A stretch of DNA of 64,000 nt from Carcharhinus longimanus (Eukaryota). Below the pieces are notes generated by a model that made no database searches, had not been told where the DNA came from, and saw only the letters and a list, made by a program, of their open reading frames with translations. Position numbers and translations under genes: made by a program. Of the stretch, positions 25,542 to 37,735 are shown one piece after another (within the stretch, counting starts at the first letter, position 1; each line of letters opens with the position of its first letter). The stretch spans positions 100,004,222 to 100,068,221 of the forward strand of contig JASCQW010000001.1 of NCBI GenBank assembly GCA_030264375.1, read 5' to 3'.

Positions 25542-26220
25542 NNNNNNNNNNNNNNNNNNNNNNNNNNNNNNNNNNNNNNNNNNNNNNNNNNNNNNNNNNN
25601 NNNNNNNNNNNNNNNNNNNNNNNNNNNNNNNNNNNNNNNNNNNNNNNNNNNNNNNNNNNNNNNNNNNNNNNNNNNNNNNNNNNNNNNNNNNNNNNNNNNN
25701 NNNNNNNNNNNNNNNNNNNNNNNNNNNNNNNNNNNNNNNNNNNNNNNNNNNNNNNNNNNNNNNNNNNNNNNNNNNNNNNNNNNNNNNNNNNNNNNNNNNN
25801 NNNNNNNNNNNNNNNNNNNNNNNNNNNNNNNNNNNNNNNNNNNNNNNNNNNNNNNNNNNNNNNNNNNNNNNNNNNNNNNNNNNNNNNNNNNNNNNNNNNN
25901 NNNNNNNNNNNNNNNNNNNNNNNNNNNNNNNNNNNNNNNNNNNNNNNNNNNNNNNNNNNNNNNNNNNNNNNNNNNNNNNNNNNNNNNNNNNNNNNNNNNN
26001 NNNNNNNNNNNNNNNNNNNNNNNNNNNNNNNNNNNNNNNNNNNNNNNNNNNNNNNNNNNNNNNNNNNNNNNNNNNNNNNNNNNNNNNNNNNNNNNNNNNN
26101 NNNNNNNNNNNNNNNNNNNNNNNNNNNNNNNNNNNNNNNNNNNNNNNNNNNNNNNNNNNNNNNNNNNNNNNNNNNNNNNNNNNNNNNNNNNNNNNNNNNN
26201 NNNNNNNNNNNNNNNNNNNN

Positions 26221-26377
26221 AGAATGTGGGAAGAAACTGGAGCACCCAGAGGAGACCCATGCAGACACAGGGAGAACATGCAAACTCTACACTGATAGTG
26301 ACCCAAGCCAGGAATCGAACCTGGGTCCCTGGTGCTGTGAAGCAGCAGTGCTAACCACTGTGGTGCCGTGATGCCCT
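26221..26377 (-). mobile_element. HE1-like SINE 5' half, cut by the gap
   Basis: B-box GGTTCGATTCC and head CAGTGGTTAGCACTGCTGCTTCACAG on the minus strand. Confidence 0.9.
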
Positions 26378-27913
26378 CATGTCATGTCTCCATGCCAAAT
26401 GCAGTTCTGACATTGACCAAGGTGTAATGGTGGACATTCATTGACAGACTGATGAGACTCAGGAGTCTGGAATGTATTGATATTTTGTTTTGTCACATTG
26501 CATAGAGCTTGATCAGCTAATGTGGCTCCTTTAACAATCATCATGCAACATGGGTTATCTCTATATCCATGTTTTACACGTTTTAAAATCTTCATTACTA
26601 TGTAACATCTGGCAAGGCTGGTGAAAACTGTAATAATATTATTGTGAAAGTACTAATACTATCAATAATTGTGAAATGTAGATATTCCTTCTAAATCTGG
26701 CACGTCAAAACTGCAACTCTCGGAGCGTGACTTCCCGACAGAAGCCTGACGATCAGCCAGCAAGAGAGTTTGGATTTGCTCCAGTTACATTCTTAGTGCC
26801 AGATGGTGTTTAAATTATGCAAAATTCATTTTTAATTAAAATCCATTTTTTATTATACAAAATTTATGTCAGGTGATGTTTTTCATTAAACAAAATTAAC
26901 TTTAATTTTACTGAGTAACTTAATTTGTGAGGAGTGAACTTGTGAAATTAATGACACAGAATGAGCTGTTAATATGACCATGCAGTTCTGATTTATCATA
27001 TATGGTCCATAGGGCTCCATTTTGTGTAAACAGAGACAATAGCCCAGAAATTGCTGATGTATTGACAAATCTATTAATGCATCCATTTAAAAGTGGAAAT
27101 AAGCAAGTTGCTGTCATTGCTCCCTTCCTCCACAGAGTGTCCTGTTACAATCTTCACAGATGCACTCAACATAGCATCAGTGAATTGACATGGGGCAGAC
27201 TGGGATTCTCTGACCTGGCCTGTGACTGGGATTCTCTGGTCCCTTTGCAATGAATGGAGATTTGGCTGAGCACCAAATTGTAGAGTTCAGAGTGTAGCGA
27301 GGGGCAAGAACAGTTATGTTGGAGCTATTGGCCCCAGTGGCGGCTTTCTCCACCTATCGATAGGCTGTTTGGAAAAGAAAGTTGAGGGAACAGTGCCCAA
27401 GACAGAACACCGGCTCTGATTAAGCCCTCCCTGCCAGCAACTTGGCTTTTAATATATAGGGGCTGCCCTGATACAAAAGACTAAAACCAAAACCCCAGCA
27501 AATCTCTTTTCTTCCACCTCCCCCTGCCCACCAACACTGTCCTGACAGGGAGGAGTGCCCATGTGTGACCTTCTCCCCCTGAGCTTTGCACTCACCTGAG
27601 CTCCTCTGGCAGGTTTTGCACACCATGGGAGATCTGTCATAATTGGCACACTATTAATGGATAATGCAATGCGGTGATTATCAGATGTAAATATGATGGT
27701 AATTTTCCTAATAGGGCCATTGCATCACTGGCCAAGGCGGAGACAATCACATCATGCCTTTACATTGCCATGAAATGTGATTTGGGCCACTGGCAAAACT
27801 TTCTGTTCCCATCGCCAATCCCTCCTGGTGAAAACGGGAGCAGAAAATCCCCCATATGAACTTCAAATTCTACATACTCACTGTGAAACAATGAAAATGT
27901 TCTCAGTCACTAA

Positions 27914-28223
27914 GGGCAGCATGGTGGCACAGTGGTTAGCACTGTTGCCTCACAGCGTCAGGGACCTGGGTTCGATTCCTGGCTTGGGTCCTTTCTGTGT
28001 GAAGTTTGCACGTTCTCCCGGTGTCTGCGTGGGGATTCCTCCGGGTGCTCCGGTTTCCTCCCACAGTCTGAAAGATGTGCTGGTTAGGTGCATTGGCCCA
28101 TGCTAAATTCTTCCTCAGTGCACCCAAACAGGTGCCGGAGTGTGACAATTAGGGGATTTTCACAGTAAGGCCATTGCAGTGTGAATCTAAGCCTACTTGT
28201 GACTAATAAATAAACTTTACTTT
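27914..28223 (+). mobile_element. HE1-like SINE, tail B, full length
   Basis: GGGCAGCATGGTGGCACAGTGGTTAGCAC...GGTTCGATTCC...GCCTACTTGTGACTAATAAATAAACTTT. Confidence 0.92.
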
Positions 28224-29899
28224 GAACCTGGAGTAACTGAGTGTTCAATAGGGTACTAAATTATGACATACTGCTGAACAAGCTCTCTTGCACTGAAGAA
28301 CTAACTTTACGATTGTGGGTGGGTCATTCCCTCATTGAAAGTTTTGCTCATTTTTTAAATTAAAATTTATTTTCATCTTATAATATTTTGTTTATGACAT
28401 TTCAGCTGCTACTTTCATCCCATGTGACTGGCCCAGTCTTTATTTGCTTTCTGTCCAATGATTAAAATGTGAATTGTAATTCCTATGTTTCACACCCTGC
28501 TTTACTGTGTATAAGAACTCTTCAACTGATTGGCTGCTCTGCTTGTCTGCCTGTTGCTAGCCCTGACAGATGGCAAAACGTTCAAAGTCACATTGGAGTA
28601 AAAACGTCTACATTCTGGTGCCTGCTAGACATTTGTGGGTGACTTTAATCAAAGCTAATACTGCTGGTCACAAAACTCTGTCCCATTATATAGCTATAAT
28701 GAGTATACTGCAGCTTAAATGTCAAGTGTGCCACTGCAGGACAAGTTGATATCCTGCCATAGCCTCACTTCAACATTGCAATTAATATTGCAAACTAACT
28801 GAGCCTGGTATCAGGGTTTGCCATGACACCAGAACAAAAAAAAGTGAAAATCCCAGAAAGAAGTGGGCAGAAAATGGGTGCAATGAGGTTCACTCCTCCA
28901 CTGTGTGAATACACCGTAGAAATCTTATAGTCCACATTTAAACATCCATGTAGAATCACATTGGTATACACTTCAGGAGGCAGATTCACGTATTTTTATG
29001 GTTTGGGCAGTTTATATCACTGTGATCAACAACATTGTCCTAGGTTTGCTTAATTCGTTGTGTTATTCAATGAACACTTCAATTCAGGAAGCAGGCAGAC
29101 CGATGGCATGTCAATGCATTAAGCATTCTATGTTTATATACCCAGAGATTATAAATGGAAGATGAGCAGGAGAAATATAATATGGTGGGAAGATCTTCAC
29201 AGAATGTTGTTTGTAACAAAACCTTATAAACAAGATTCCAATTTTGGTAACACACGCACAGAGGAAATCTTTCCCACTGGCTAATTTGAAATGTAATGTT
29301 ACTTGAGGTCTTTTTATAGCCATTCACTTTTTCTATACGTCCCACTTTTCCTGTTACTGTTCCTGTGTGCAGGATGATCTCTAACAAGAGCTGCCCCTCA
29401 GAGTATTGCGTAATCAATGTTGATACACTAGGCAGTTATACATCAGCTGTGTAATGTAATTAGGGCACGGAAATTGTTATTGGGTCCTTTTTTGGTGTAT
29501 AATCAATACTGTGCAGACAGTATGCACTCCAGTAGGCCCCAGGCTTGCCTGAACTTGGGCCTCAGGCCTCATTTTTGCAGTTGAACCATAGACATCTACT
29601 GCATCTTCTGAGACAGCTTATCCTAAAGCAACGGGACAATTTCAAATTCATTGCTTGATTGAAAGTGGCCCTCTGGTATGCCATGGAAGAGCACTCCTGT
29701 ACTTCCTGGCTCCACATTAAATTCACAAATGATTGACATGCCCTTTTCGTGGCCACATCCACACCTGGAAAATCTAAGCAAAGGAGTCTGCAAACAAGTG
29801 CTAGGGACCTCATTAGCACATACAAGGGAACTATCAACCATTTTAGGTAGACTTACCAGATGTCAGACAAAGTGCGCAATCAAAATGGCAGCATGGTAG

Positions 29900-30300
29900 T
29901 CTCCAAAATTCCCTCAGTATGTCAGTTTTAGGTGTGTGATGAGGTCCAATTTCTGCATCCAGATGTTTTCATTTATGTCTGTGAGTGTGTGGGCATGTGC
30001 CAATTCCACATCAGCTGTCCCTCAATTCGAAGATGGCATCAAATCAGGGTTATATGCTTTTTGGCTATCCGGACAATGTGTCCTGTCAGTCAAAGTTGAT
30101 GTTGCAGGATTTTTGTGTAAATGTTGGTGGCAAGAAGGACTCTATCATTTATTTGCCCGTCCTCCCGTTGAATCCGGAGGATGAGAGGGAGGCATTGCTG
30201 AAGGAATTTCTCCAGTATGCAGAGTCCAAGAGTGCCGTGACCAGAATTGCTCTGTACACCAGAACTTTTGTTGAAAGGGTAAAACTCATCAGGGCAAAAC
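29900..30300 (-). mobile_element. RTE-clade LINE fragment
   Basis: STKVLVYRAILVTALL, LEKFLQQCLPLILRIQREDGQINDRVL and HQL*LTGHIVRI match RTE ORF C-terminal motifs (TK..VYRAVV...LLY; E.FHQRCLR.IL.I.WQD; QLRW.GHV.RM). Confidence 0.8.
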
Positions 30301-33300
30301 TGTAGATCTCCAGAAAATAAATTCTGACTCCATAGTATGGTGATTTTTGTGCAAATAGAAAGCAAATCATTTATTGTAAACATAAATCCCAGCGTTACTC
30401 CAGCTCTTCATATTGAATAGAATGTCTGTAAATGCAGGACATTGAAATTAGAGGCACAGATCTGTAATTACTCAGTGAATTGCTACAGTGGCACATCCAA
30501 GTTAATTTATTAGCATTAATGTGATACCCTGTAAAAATGCTGTACTCTCACTAACTTTTCTTCACTCATTATCAACCCAGAGCTGTTACGTTTTGGGGAG
30601 GATGAGGCTAAGTGCAGCTGACTGATAACTGTTAACTTGCTTTAGATAGATGTTACCCAAAAGCAGACTGAGTGGCAGTGACAGCTGTACAGTATCAATA
30701 GTGTTAATGCTGAGTGTTAATCAGAATCCTTCCTGTTTACCTTTATGGTACCACTACTTGCCCTTAGTGAGGTTTGATTGTAATGTAGTGATATCACTGT
30801 TATCCTTGAACATTTACATTGATTTTATTTTTATATGTAAAAATAAGTTCTAATGATTTTAGTACCACCCTGATTGTTAGGTTTGGATCAATATCCTACA
30901 CAGTCTTCAGAGTCCACAAGTCCGCAGAGTATTCACTCTTGAAAGTTGTATTGTTACCCCCTGAAGGACTGTACTCGTTCAGAGATTAAGTCAGTGTAGG
31001 ATAATAAGGTTTATTGTTAATTAATATCCAGCAATAAAAAATTAATAGTTTCCACATGTCAACAGTAAAGTGTCCACCTACTAATGACATCTGGATGAAA
31101 CCTTGTCATTACCTTTGTCAAATTATTTAGAAATACTGTCACATCCCGGCTTCACTTGTGAATCTGGCTCATATCTGAAAGAGCAGATGGAAGAACTTTG
31201 CTAGACTACCCCTTGGCTTGACCCAAAAATACACAGATCCTTCAATGAATCAGTGGCGAGGAGACACAAGCTCTGAACCTATTCATAATAAAACTTCAGC
31301 ATGGCCACAGGCCTGAAATTAGTTTTAAGTTCAGAATGGTATTTACAACCACGAGATCTGTTAGTAGTGGCAGCTCCCCCTGTGTTAGCATGCATGAAAG
31401 ATATCTTGTGCTTTTGTAACTAAATCCATGTAATCAGCGTAATACTAATGGATCTGCTGCTGGACTTGCCAGCCAAGTGCGGGATTGCTCTGATGATATC
31501 GGATAACTATAGGTTAAACCTATCATCTCTTGGGATTAGAGCCAATGACAACTGAGGTGTAATGCATTTCATCATCACAATTCCAAGCCCATTAGGTTGA
31601 TATCTTTTGACGGTTTGGGAAAATGTCAATGTGTTTAATGACAAGCATACTACTTTATTGACAAAAGAATCAATTGCAGACAATAGCAGAAATAGGTTAA
31701 CTTCCTAGTTTTCAGATGCTTCTCTGCTGGGTCCAAATTACAGGTTACAATTATGATGATTTCATTGACACTGGGAGGAATTTTCCCATCCCGCCAACCA
31801 TGAGAATCACAACAGGCGGGGGGGGGTAACCGGTGGTGGCGGTGGTGGTTGGTGTTGGAGGGGAGCAGACCATGTTGACCTCAGGTGGGATTTTCTGGTT
31901 TTGAGGCGGGTGCAGCCGGAAGATCTCACCCAGTGTATCTGTCAATACACTTCAGTATTGCCTCTCTTGGAGATAGTGAGGTTAGCAGAAAAACATCTGG
32001 GGTTCCTGAGGTTGTGGGCAACTGCCCAAGTAGCCTGAATGCGTTTTGGCAAGGGCCTGGTCTCTCAGACCACTTGGAAAGTCTATTACACCTCCCCCAG
32101 CCCAATCTACATTAGCTGTTGATGAGTTTTTTTAAAAAATGGGGTTCTTGTGGATTCAAGCCGCTTTCCTGACCTTTGGCTTTATGGTCTGTGTTTGAAT
32201 AGAATTAATAACGTACTCAGATTACATAGAGATTAAATGCCAGTGACCATTGTACACAGGATATATCCCATACACTCAGATCCAACTGTAATAACACATG
32301 GCCTGTCCACACAACAATAATCAACAGTAAATACAATTTAAAATTGGATCAAAACAGAAATAATTTACCTACTAGCAGATGAATTAGCACTGAGGTCATA
32401 GCAATCGTATCTGATCAGTGTAAGTTAATGGTTTGAATATTCAGACTTTTGTGTTCAATTATTAGCTGTCAACACCCTGCTGGGAGTAATTTATGTAATG
32501 TTCCATATAATTTCATTGTCTGATAATTCTGCATTAACAAAGATTTGAGTATGACAGTATGAACTGCAATCATGATAACTCATCAAATCCATGATATCAT
32601 TTAGTTTAATGAAAGCCAGAAGTAATCCAAACATGTTGCTGTGGAGTTTAACTGACTTTTCACAGTGTAGTTTATTATTGGGAATGGATCCCTTCAAATG
32701 GGGTACTGAAGACAAATAAAAAGATCAACAATTTGTCTCTTGCAGAATGTTAATGCAGCTTTGCCGCACAAATGTAACTTAGTATGTTAGTGCTTTATTT
32801 CCATGAAGGAATTACAGGATTAAATTTCCAATTCAATTTCCAAACATTTGCTGTTAAGAGCAGAATAACAACAACATTCTTCATTCCTTTTTCACCAGTT
32901 TTCCCAGTTAACCTTTGCCCTTTCATTACCTACAGCCAGGTCCTTGCTGAGGGGTAGGTTTTTTTCTACATCTGAACTTTGACACAAGTATCATACACTT
33001 TGTTAGCAATATAAACATATCAGGGGGCCTGTTTTTGCAGGGCTGCAGTATCACTTTATAGGAACTAGAGATAATGCTCCACATGTTTTTCCTGATATTT
33101 GGCTGTGTATAAGGTGCATACATAGAAGTGGAGTGGAGATACCCCTCTATGACTAGCATTGTTTAGTATTTGACATTGAACATGCTGGTATTAATAAGCA
33201 AGAAAATATTTCAGAATGTCTTTACCTTTCATCTTACTATCTTCTAAGTGCAATTGAATGTCAACAGTTACTTAATATGGGCCTGCTAGGGTATTAGATT

Positions 33301-35329
33301 GAATGGCCTTTTCTGATATCCATTTTCCTAAGCACTTACATTATTGGCAACATTGATCCTGTATGCTATGTTTTCATTGTGTATTATAGTTTTCTTCTTT
33401 CTGCTAACAATCCAGCTAACAATGAAGCAATTCTAAGCTAAAACATGAGGAGGGTATACATGTTAGGACAATACAGCATGGAAATTTTTTTAATTTAATT
33501 TGCCGAAATGGAAGTTTTGGCCCAACACCTGGTATGAAGAACTACATGGAGCTCTGTTGCATTATTGTATATTACCATAAGAATGCTTTAAAGAAACTTG
33601 TTCTCTTCCCCTGACGAAGAAGAGATTGAAATGACCCTTTGCCAATTCTGTTCAATTGGTATAAATGTCATACTCAGGAAAAGAAAGGAAAATGGCCTCC
33701 AACATCAGGCCAAGTCATTTCTCTCATGGTACCACCATGGTGGTAATATGCAGCAGCGTGCAGAAGGATATTGAAGTAACAATTAAAAATAGCATAGAAA
33801 GACAGGACTAAAATCTGCTTCCTTACACAGATTACGTTGTTAGTGCACCAGTGGACAGTAATATTACCAATATTTATGCATGTGCCAGCATTTGCAGGAA
33901 ATGGATTTGACCAGAGCTGTGCTGCATGTATGGTTTTAGTTGTCTTGAAAGATGTAGTCCCCAGCAGCAGGTTTTTGAATAGGAGAGGAGGGTTGCATTT
34001 GGTTGGTGGGTTTCCTGGCAGCGTGGCCAGCAAGTCATGTAAAACGCCATTGCCTTCAGTAGGACTGAAAAGATCCTGCCGGCAGCCAATGACAAGCTGC
34101 CTTCGATGCTGGAAAACCTGTTGCAGGGACTGGAAAACCCCAGCCAATGTTGTGAAATATGTCTTGTCATTGAGAGAGATGCAAAGCAGAGTTGGTAAAG
34201 TACTCTGAGTCCCAGATCTGTGAAAGACACAATCAAAATACAAGACCTTTATTCCAGATAAAGAGAAGGAAAATCAAAAAGCCATTGCAGCTTTGCACAC
34301 ATTTCAGTGAGCAAGTTGTGACATTAGCTGACTGAGAAGCAGATTGCTGGGCTCTTGCCAGTCTGGCAGTGATAAAAAGCAAATCTCAGCCTCAGCAAAA
34401 AAAAAGCTTTAAAAAAAATGAGCAGGTTGTAAATAACAGACTTTATCATTACAATTCTGAATTAGTCTGTATATCTGTGGAAAAGGAAAGTACAGGGTGA
34501 CTCCAGGTGGAGGAAGTGCGAAGGTTGACATCAGGGGTCAGTCATTGTAAGAGGCGTTTTATCAGTCACCTTTAACCCAAGGGAGCAATGTTATAAGAGA
34601 TACATACCTGCTTCCCAGCAAAACGGAGGAGGCAGCAAACGCCTAGGGTTTGGGGGTGGGATGGGGGAAGGGGGGCAAGAGTTGGCCTTTTGTTTGAGCT
34701 CGGCTTTTGCTAACAAGGAAAGGAGAAGCTGAAAATGGAGTAACCTGATCAGAAGTTCACTCAGATGTGTGGTGATTGAACTGAAGAAACTGACTCCCAC
34801 ATTGCAGGAAAGGGGGGAGGAGAACCATTTATTAAATGACTAATATCCTTTACCTTTTGCCTTCTTTAATTATGACAAGGTTGTCAACTGCCAGCCAATA
34901 TACCTTTTCTCGAAAACGATCAGCACATTTTATTAAAAGTTGAAGTATCCTCTTTCCAAGCACTCCTTTTAACTAACGTCACCCACAGTATATTCTTTTT
35001 TTAAAAAAACAGTTTTTAAAGCATCGCCCAAATTCTTGTCGAGCCTTTGGAACACCCATGAAGGCTACTCAGCAAAATAAAAATAAATCTTATTATTCAT
35101 TTTCCCTGTTTTATGACCACATCACATTAAAAAAGATCATTTCAGATATTACAGCAGTACTGCTGGTATATTTAATGGAGAATTTAACCAACCAGTGGAT
35201 TAAGTATGTTAAACAAGTTGGTAAAATACGTTGCAACATTATACCAGGCTCAATGCTGGTGGTGGTGATGGGATCAGATCTATAAAAGGGAGACAAATAG
35301 CTTTTAATTTCATTGAACCTTAATTAAAG

Positions 35330-35500
35330 GGGTTTACAGCATGGAAGCAGGCCCTTCGGCCCAACATGTCCATGCTACCCTTTTTTTTTTAGACCTCTAA
35401 GTTGATCCTAATTGTAGGCATTTGGCCTATATCCCTCTATACCCATCCTACTCATGTAACTGTCTAAATGCTTTTCAAAAGACAAAATGGTGCCAGCTCA
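35330..35500 (-). mobile_element. CR1-like 3' tail fragment
   Basis: ACAGCATGGAAGCAGGCCCTTCGGCCCAAC tail motif. Confidence 0.65.
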
Positions 35501-35799
35501 TTCCAGATATTGAGTTTTCGAGAGCTATATAACTGGATTTCACTGACCATCAGTAATAAAAATGAGCACCTTCAGTTTATTTGGAGCATTGTGGGATCAG
35601 TTCATCAGTTGTTATGGTCTCAGATTCAGGTTTGAGATCCTGGTCCTCAAATTCTCCTTTTCTCAGAAGGCCATGTTGCATGTTCAGCGTGTTGGTAAGT
35701 TTAGTCTGTGACTGCCTTCGTCAATAGAGACTCCCAAGACAGAGAAAATGATCCACAGGATCTCACTGTTGATCTTAATGGCTATAGGGAAATACTGTG

Positions 35800-36072
35800 C
35801 TATAGGGGCACATTGAAAGAAGCAATTGTGATCCTTGTGCTCCTGAATGCTTCAGAGACTTGGACGACCTGCAGCAGACACCTCAAAGTAGAAGTACCAC
35901 CAGCAGAGTGTTCAAGATCCTCCAAATCTGGTGAAAAGAAAGGTGGTCCAACAGCAGCATCCTCTCCCAAACAACTTGCCCAGCATTGAGGTGCTAATCA
36001 CTCTAAACCAGCTCTGCTAGGTGGGGCATGTAATTTGTATGCCTGACAGCAGACTCCCAAAGCAATAGCTCT
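35800..36072 (+). mobile_element. RTE-clade LINE fragment
   Basis: AIVILVLLNASETWTTCSRHLK and VGHVICMPDSRLPKQ. Confidence 0.85.
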
Positions 36073-36276
36073 AAGAATATAAGAACGTAAGAAATAGGAG
36101 CAGGAGTAGACCATCTAGCCCCTCGAGCCTGCCCCGCCATGCAATAAGATCATGGCTGATCTGTCGTGTATCAGTTCCACATTCCCGCCCTCTCCCCAGA
36201 ACCCTTAATCCCCTCTCTTATCAAAAACCCATCAACCCGCGTCTTAAAAATATTTAGCGAGGCAGCCTCCACCACT
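36073..36276 (-). mobile_element. Young CR1 3' end running into a 100-N gap
   Basis: Same tail as 11425 and 25470. Confidence 0.9.
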
Positions 36277-36376
36277 NNNNNNNNNNNNNNNNNNNNNNNN
36301 NNNNNNNNNNNNNNNNNNNNNNNNNNNNNNNNNNNNNNNNNNNNNNNNNNNNNNNNNNNNNNNNNNNNNNNNNNNN

Positions 36377-36598
36377 CATTAGCAGCCTTTCCCCTGGCTT
36401 TTGTGTCTATGACTCACCTTTCATTCCCTCCCCCTGCAGTGGAAACATCTCCCACTTTCTATGCCTTTTAGCTTTGACAAAGGGTCATCGGGACTCAAAA
36501 CGCCAGCTCTTTTCTCTCTTTACAGAGAAGCCAGACCCGCTGAGGTTTTCCAGCATTTTCTCTTTTAGTTTCAGATTCCTGCAGTAATTTGCTTTTAT
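36377..36598 (+). mobile_element. Penelope-derived 3' terminal fragment (relatives at about 22950, 46590, 58495, 61170)
   Basis: GCTTTGACAAAGGGTCATCGGGACTCAAAACGCCAGCTC...TTTTCCAGCATTTTCTC matches the reverse complement of the Penelope terminus at 47630-47760. Confidence 0.75.
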
Positions 36599-36870
36599 CT
36601 GGAATTAAGAATCTACGGATGAACATGAAACTACTGTCGGAGAAATACGTCTGGTTCACTCATGCTCTTTAGGGAAGGAAAGCTCTGGAGTCACATGTAG
36701 GCCAGACTAGGTAAGGACGGCCTACTTTTAGGCCGTCCTTTCCTGGTCTGGTCTACATGTGACTCCAGAACCACAGCAATGGGGTTGACTCTCAATTGCC
36801 CTCCAAGGGCAAGTAGGGATGGGCAATAAATGCTGGCCCAGTCTGCGACACCCACGTCCCATGAATAAAG
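36598..36870 (+). mobile_element. Old SINE (5'-truncated) containing an internal inverted duplication; ends about 16 nt from the H6PD donor site
   Basis: CTGGTTCACTCATGCTCTTTAGGGAAGGAAA core and AAGGGCAAGTAGGGATGGGCAATAAATGCTGGCC...CCCATGAATAAA tail. Confidence 0.8.
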
Positions 36871-36886
36871 AAGTAAAAAGACTCAC

Positions 36887-37528
36887 CTGTTTACCAAGGT
36901 AATGGTCGATTCGATACATCTCTTCCTCTCGGAGTACCTTCTGCAGTTCCTCAGCTAGTTGCTGAGCTGAATTAAAGTCGTGTCCAAAGGGTTTTTCTAG
37001 AACAACACGTAACCAGGATCCTGTTCTGGGGCGGCAGGTTGCGTTGATTTTGGTCGCTATGTCAGCGTAGGCAAAAGCAGGAACAGAAAGGTAAAAAAGA
37101 CGGCCACCCTCTTCAAGCCCTTCTTGCGCCAACACTTCCTTAATCTTCTTATCCAGGGAGGAATAGTCTTCCTGGGTGTCCAACTGATGGTACTGGGTCG
37201 ACTTGAGAAACCGGTCCTTGAGCAGCGCACACCTGACTGACGGCACGTTTGGTAAACACGTCAGGCCCTTCAGTATCTCGTACATCGCCGGTGAGCCTTC
37301 GGAGGAACTGAGTCGAGTGCCACCGTAAAAACTCAGGCTGCGCGCGCCCCCATCCTGATCCACGTAGCATTGAAATAAGCCCTGCCACAGGTACTTCCTA
37401 GCCAGGTCGCCGGTGGCCCCCACCAAGACAACGGAAATGTGGGACTTGGATTCTGTCGTAAGCACCTGCAGTGACGCACAGAGGAGCAGTCTGTATACAA
37501 CGGAGATCATTGTTACATCGGGTGTCAT
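36887..37528 (-). CDS. H6PD: Hexose-6-phosphate dehydrogenase (GDH/6PGL ER bifunctional protein), first coding exon, 214 codons
   Basis: Hydrophobic signal-peptide-like N-terminus; VVLVGATGDLARKYLWQGLF (NADP-binding motif); GRLFYLSVPAFAY; sequon NAT in INATCRP; WLRVVLEKPFGHD; EEMYRIDHYLGKQ. Acceptor TTTCTTTAAG|G at 37537/37536 and phase-0 donor CAG|GTGAGT at 36887/36886. The signal peptide and single-exon N-terminal domain separate it from G6PD. Confidence 0.97.
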
Positions 37529-37735
37529 CCGGGCACCTTAAAGAAACATAAAAACAAACAGTTTACCATCCCAGCTCTGACCAAAATAATGAAAACCTCT
37601 GCGACACCTAATGACAATATACAGGAAGTACAAATTTTATTTCATTCTTGCGTACTTATTTTAAAATTTGTGTCTCTTGTTATCATCCGATTGGCAACAT
37701 CTCACTCTGTGCCTCATCGTGATCCTTTACACCAC

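Noticed and set aside
25328-26306. Long ORFs of 249-310 aa
   Set aside because: They consist mostly of translated N gap plus SINE and CR1 ends.
29541-29560. Possible p53 response element AGGCTTGCCT-GAACTTGGGC
   Set aside because: The second half-site has two mismatches; such matches are expected by chance in 64 kb.
31113-31176. Minus-strand exon-like segment with good acceptor and donor
   Set aside because: It has stops in all three frames and no H6PD similarity, and there is no other support.
33611-33635. CTGACGA...GAAA hammerhead-like spacing
   Set aside because: No helix II complementarity between the boxes, and no Penelope context.
36728-36886. C-terminal 52 aa of the 266-aa ORF in the track
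   Set aside because: This is read-through past the GTGAGT donor into an antisense SINE; H6PD similarity stops at LGKQ.
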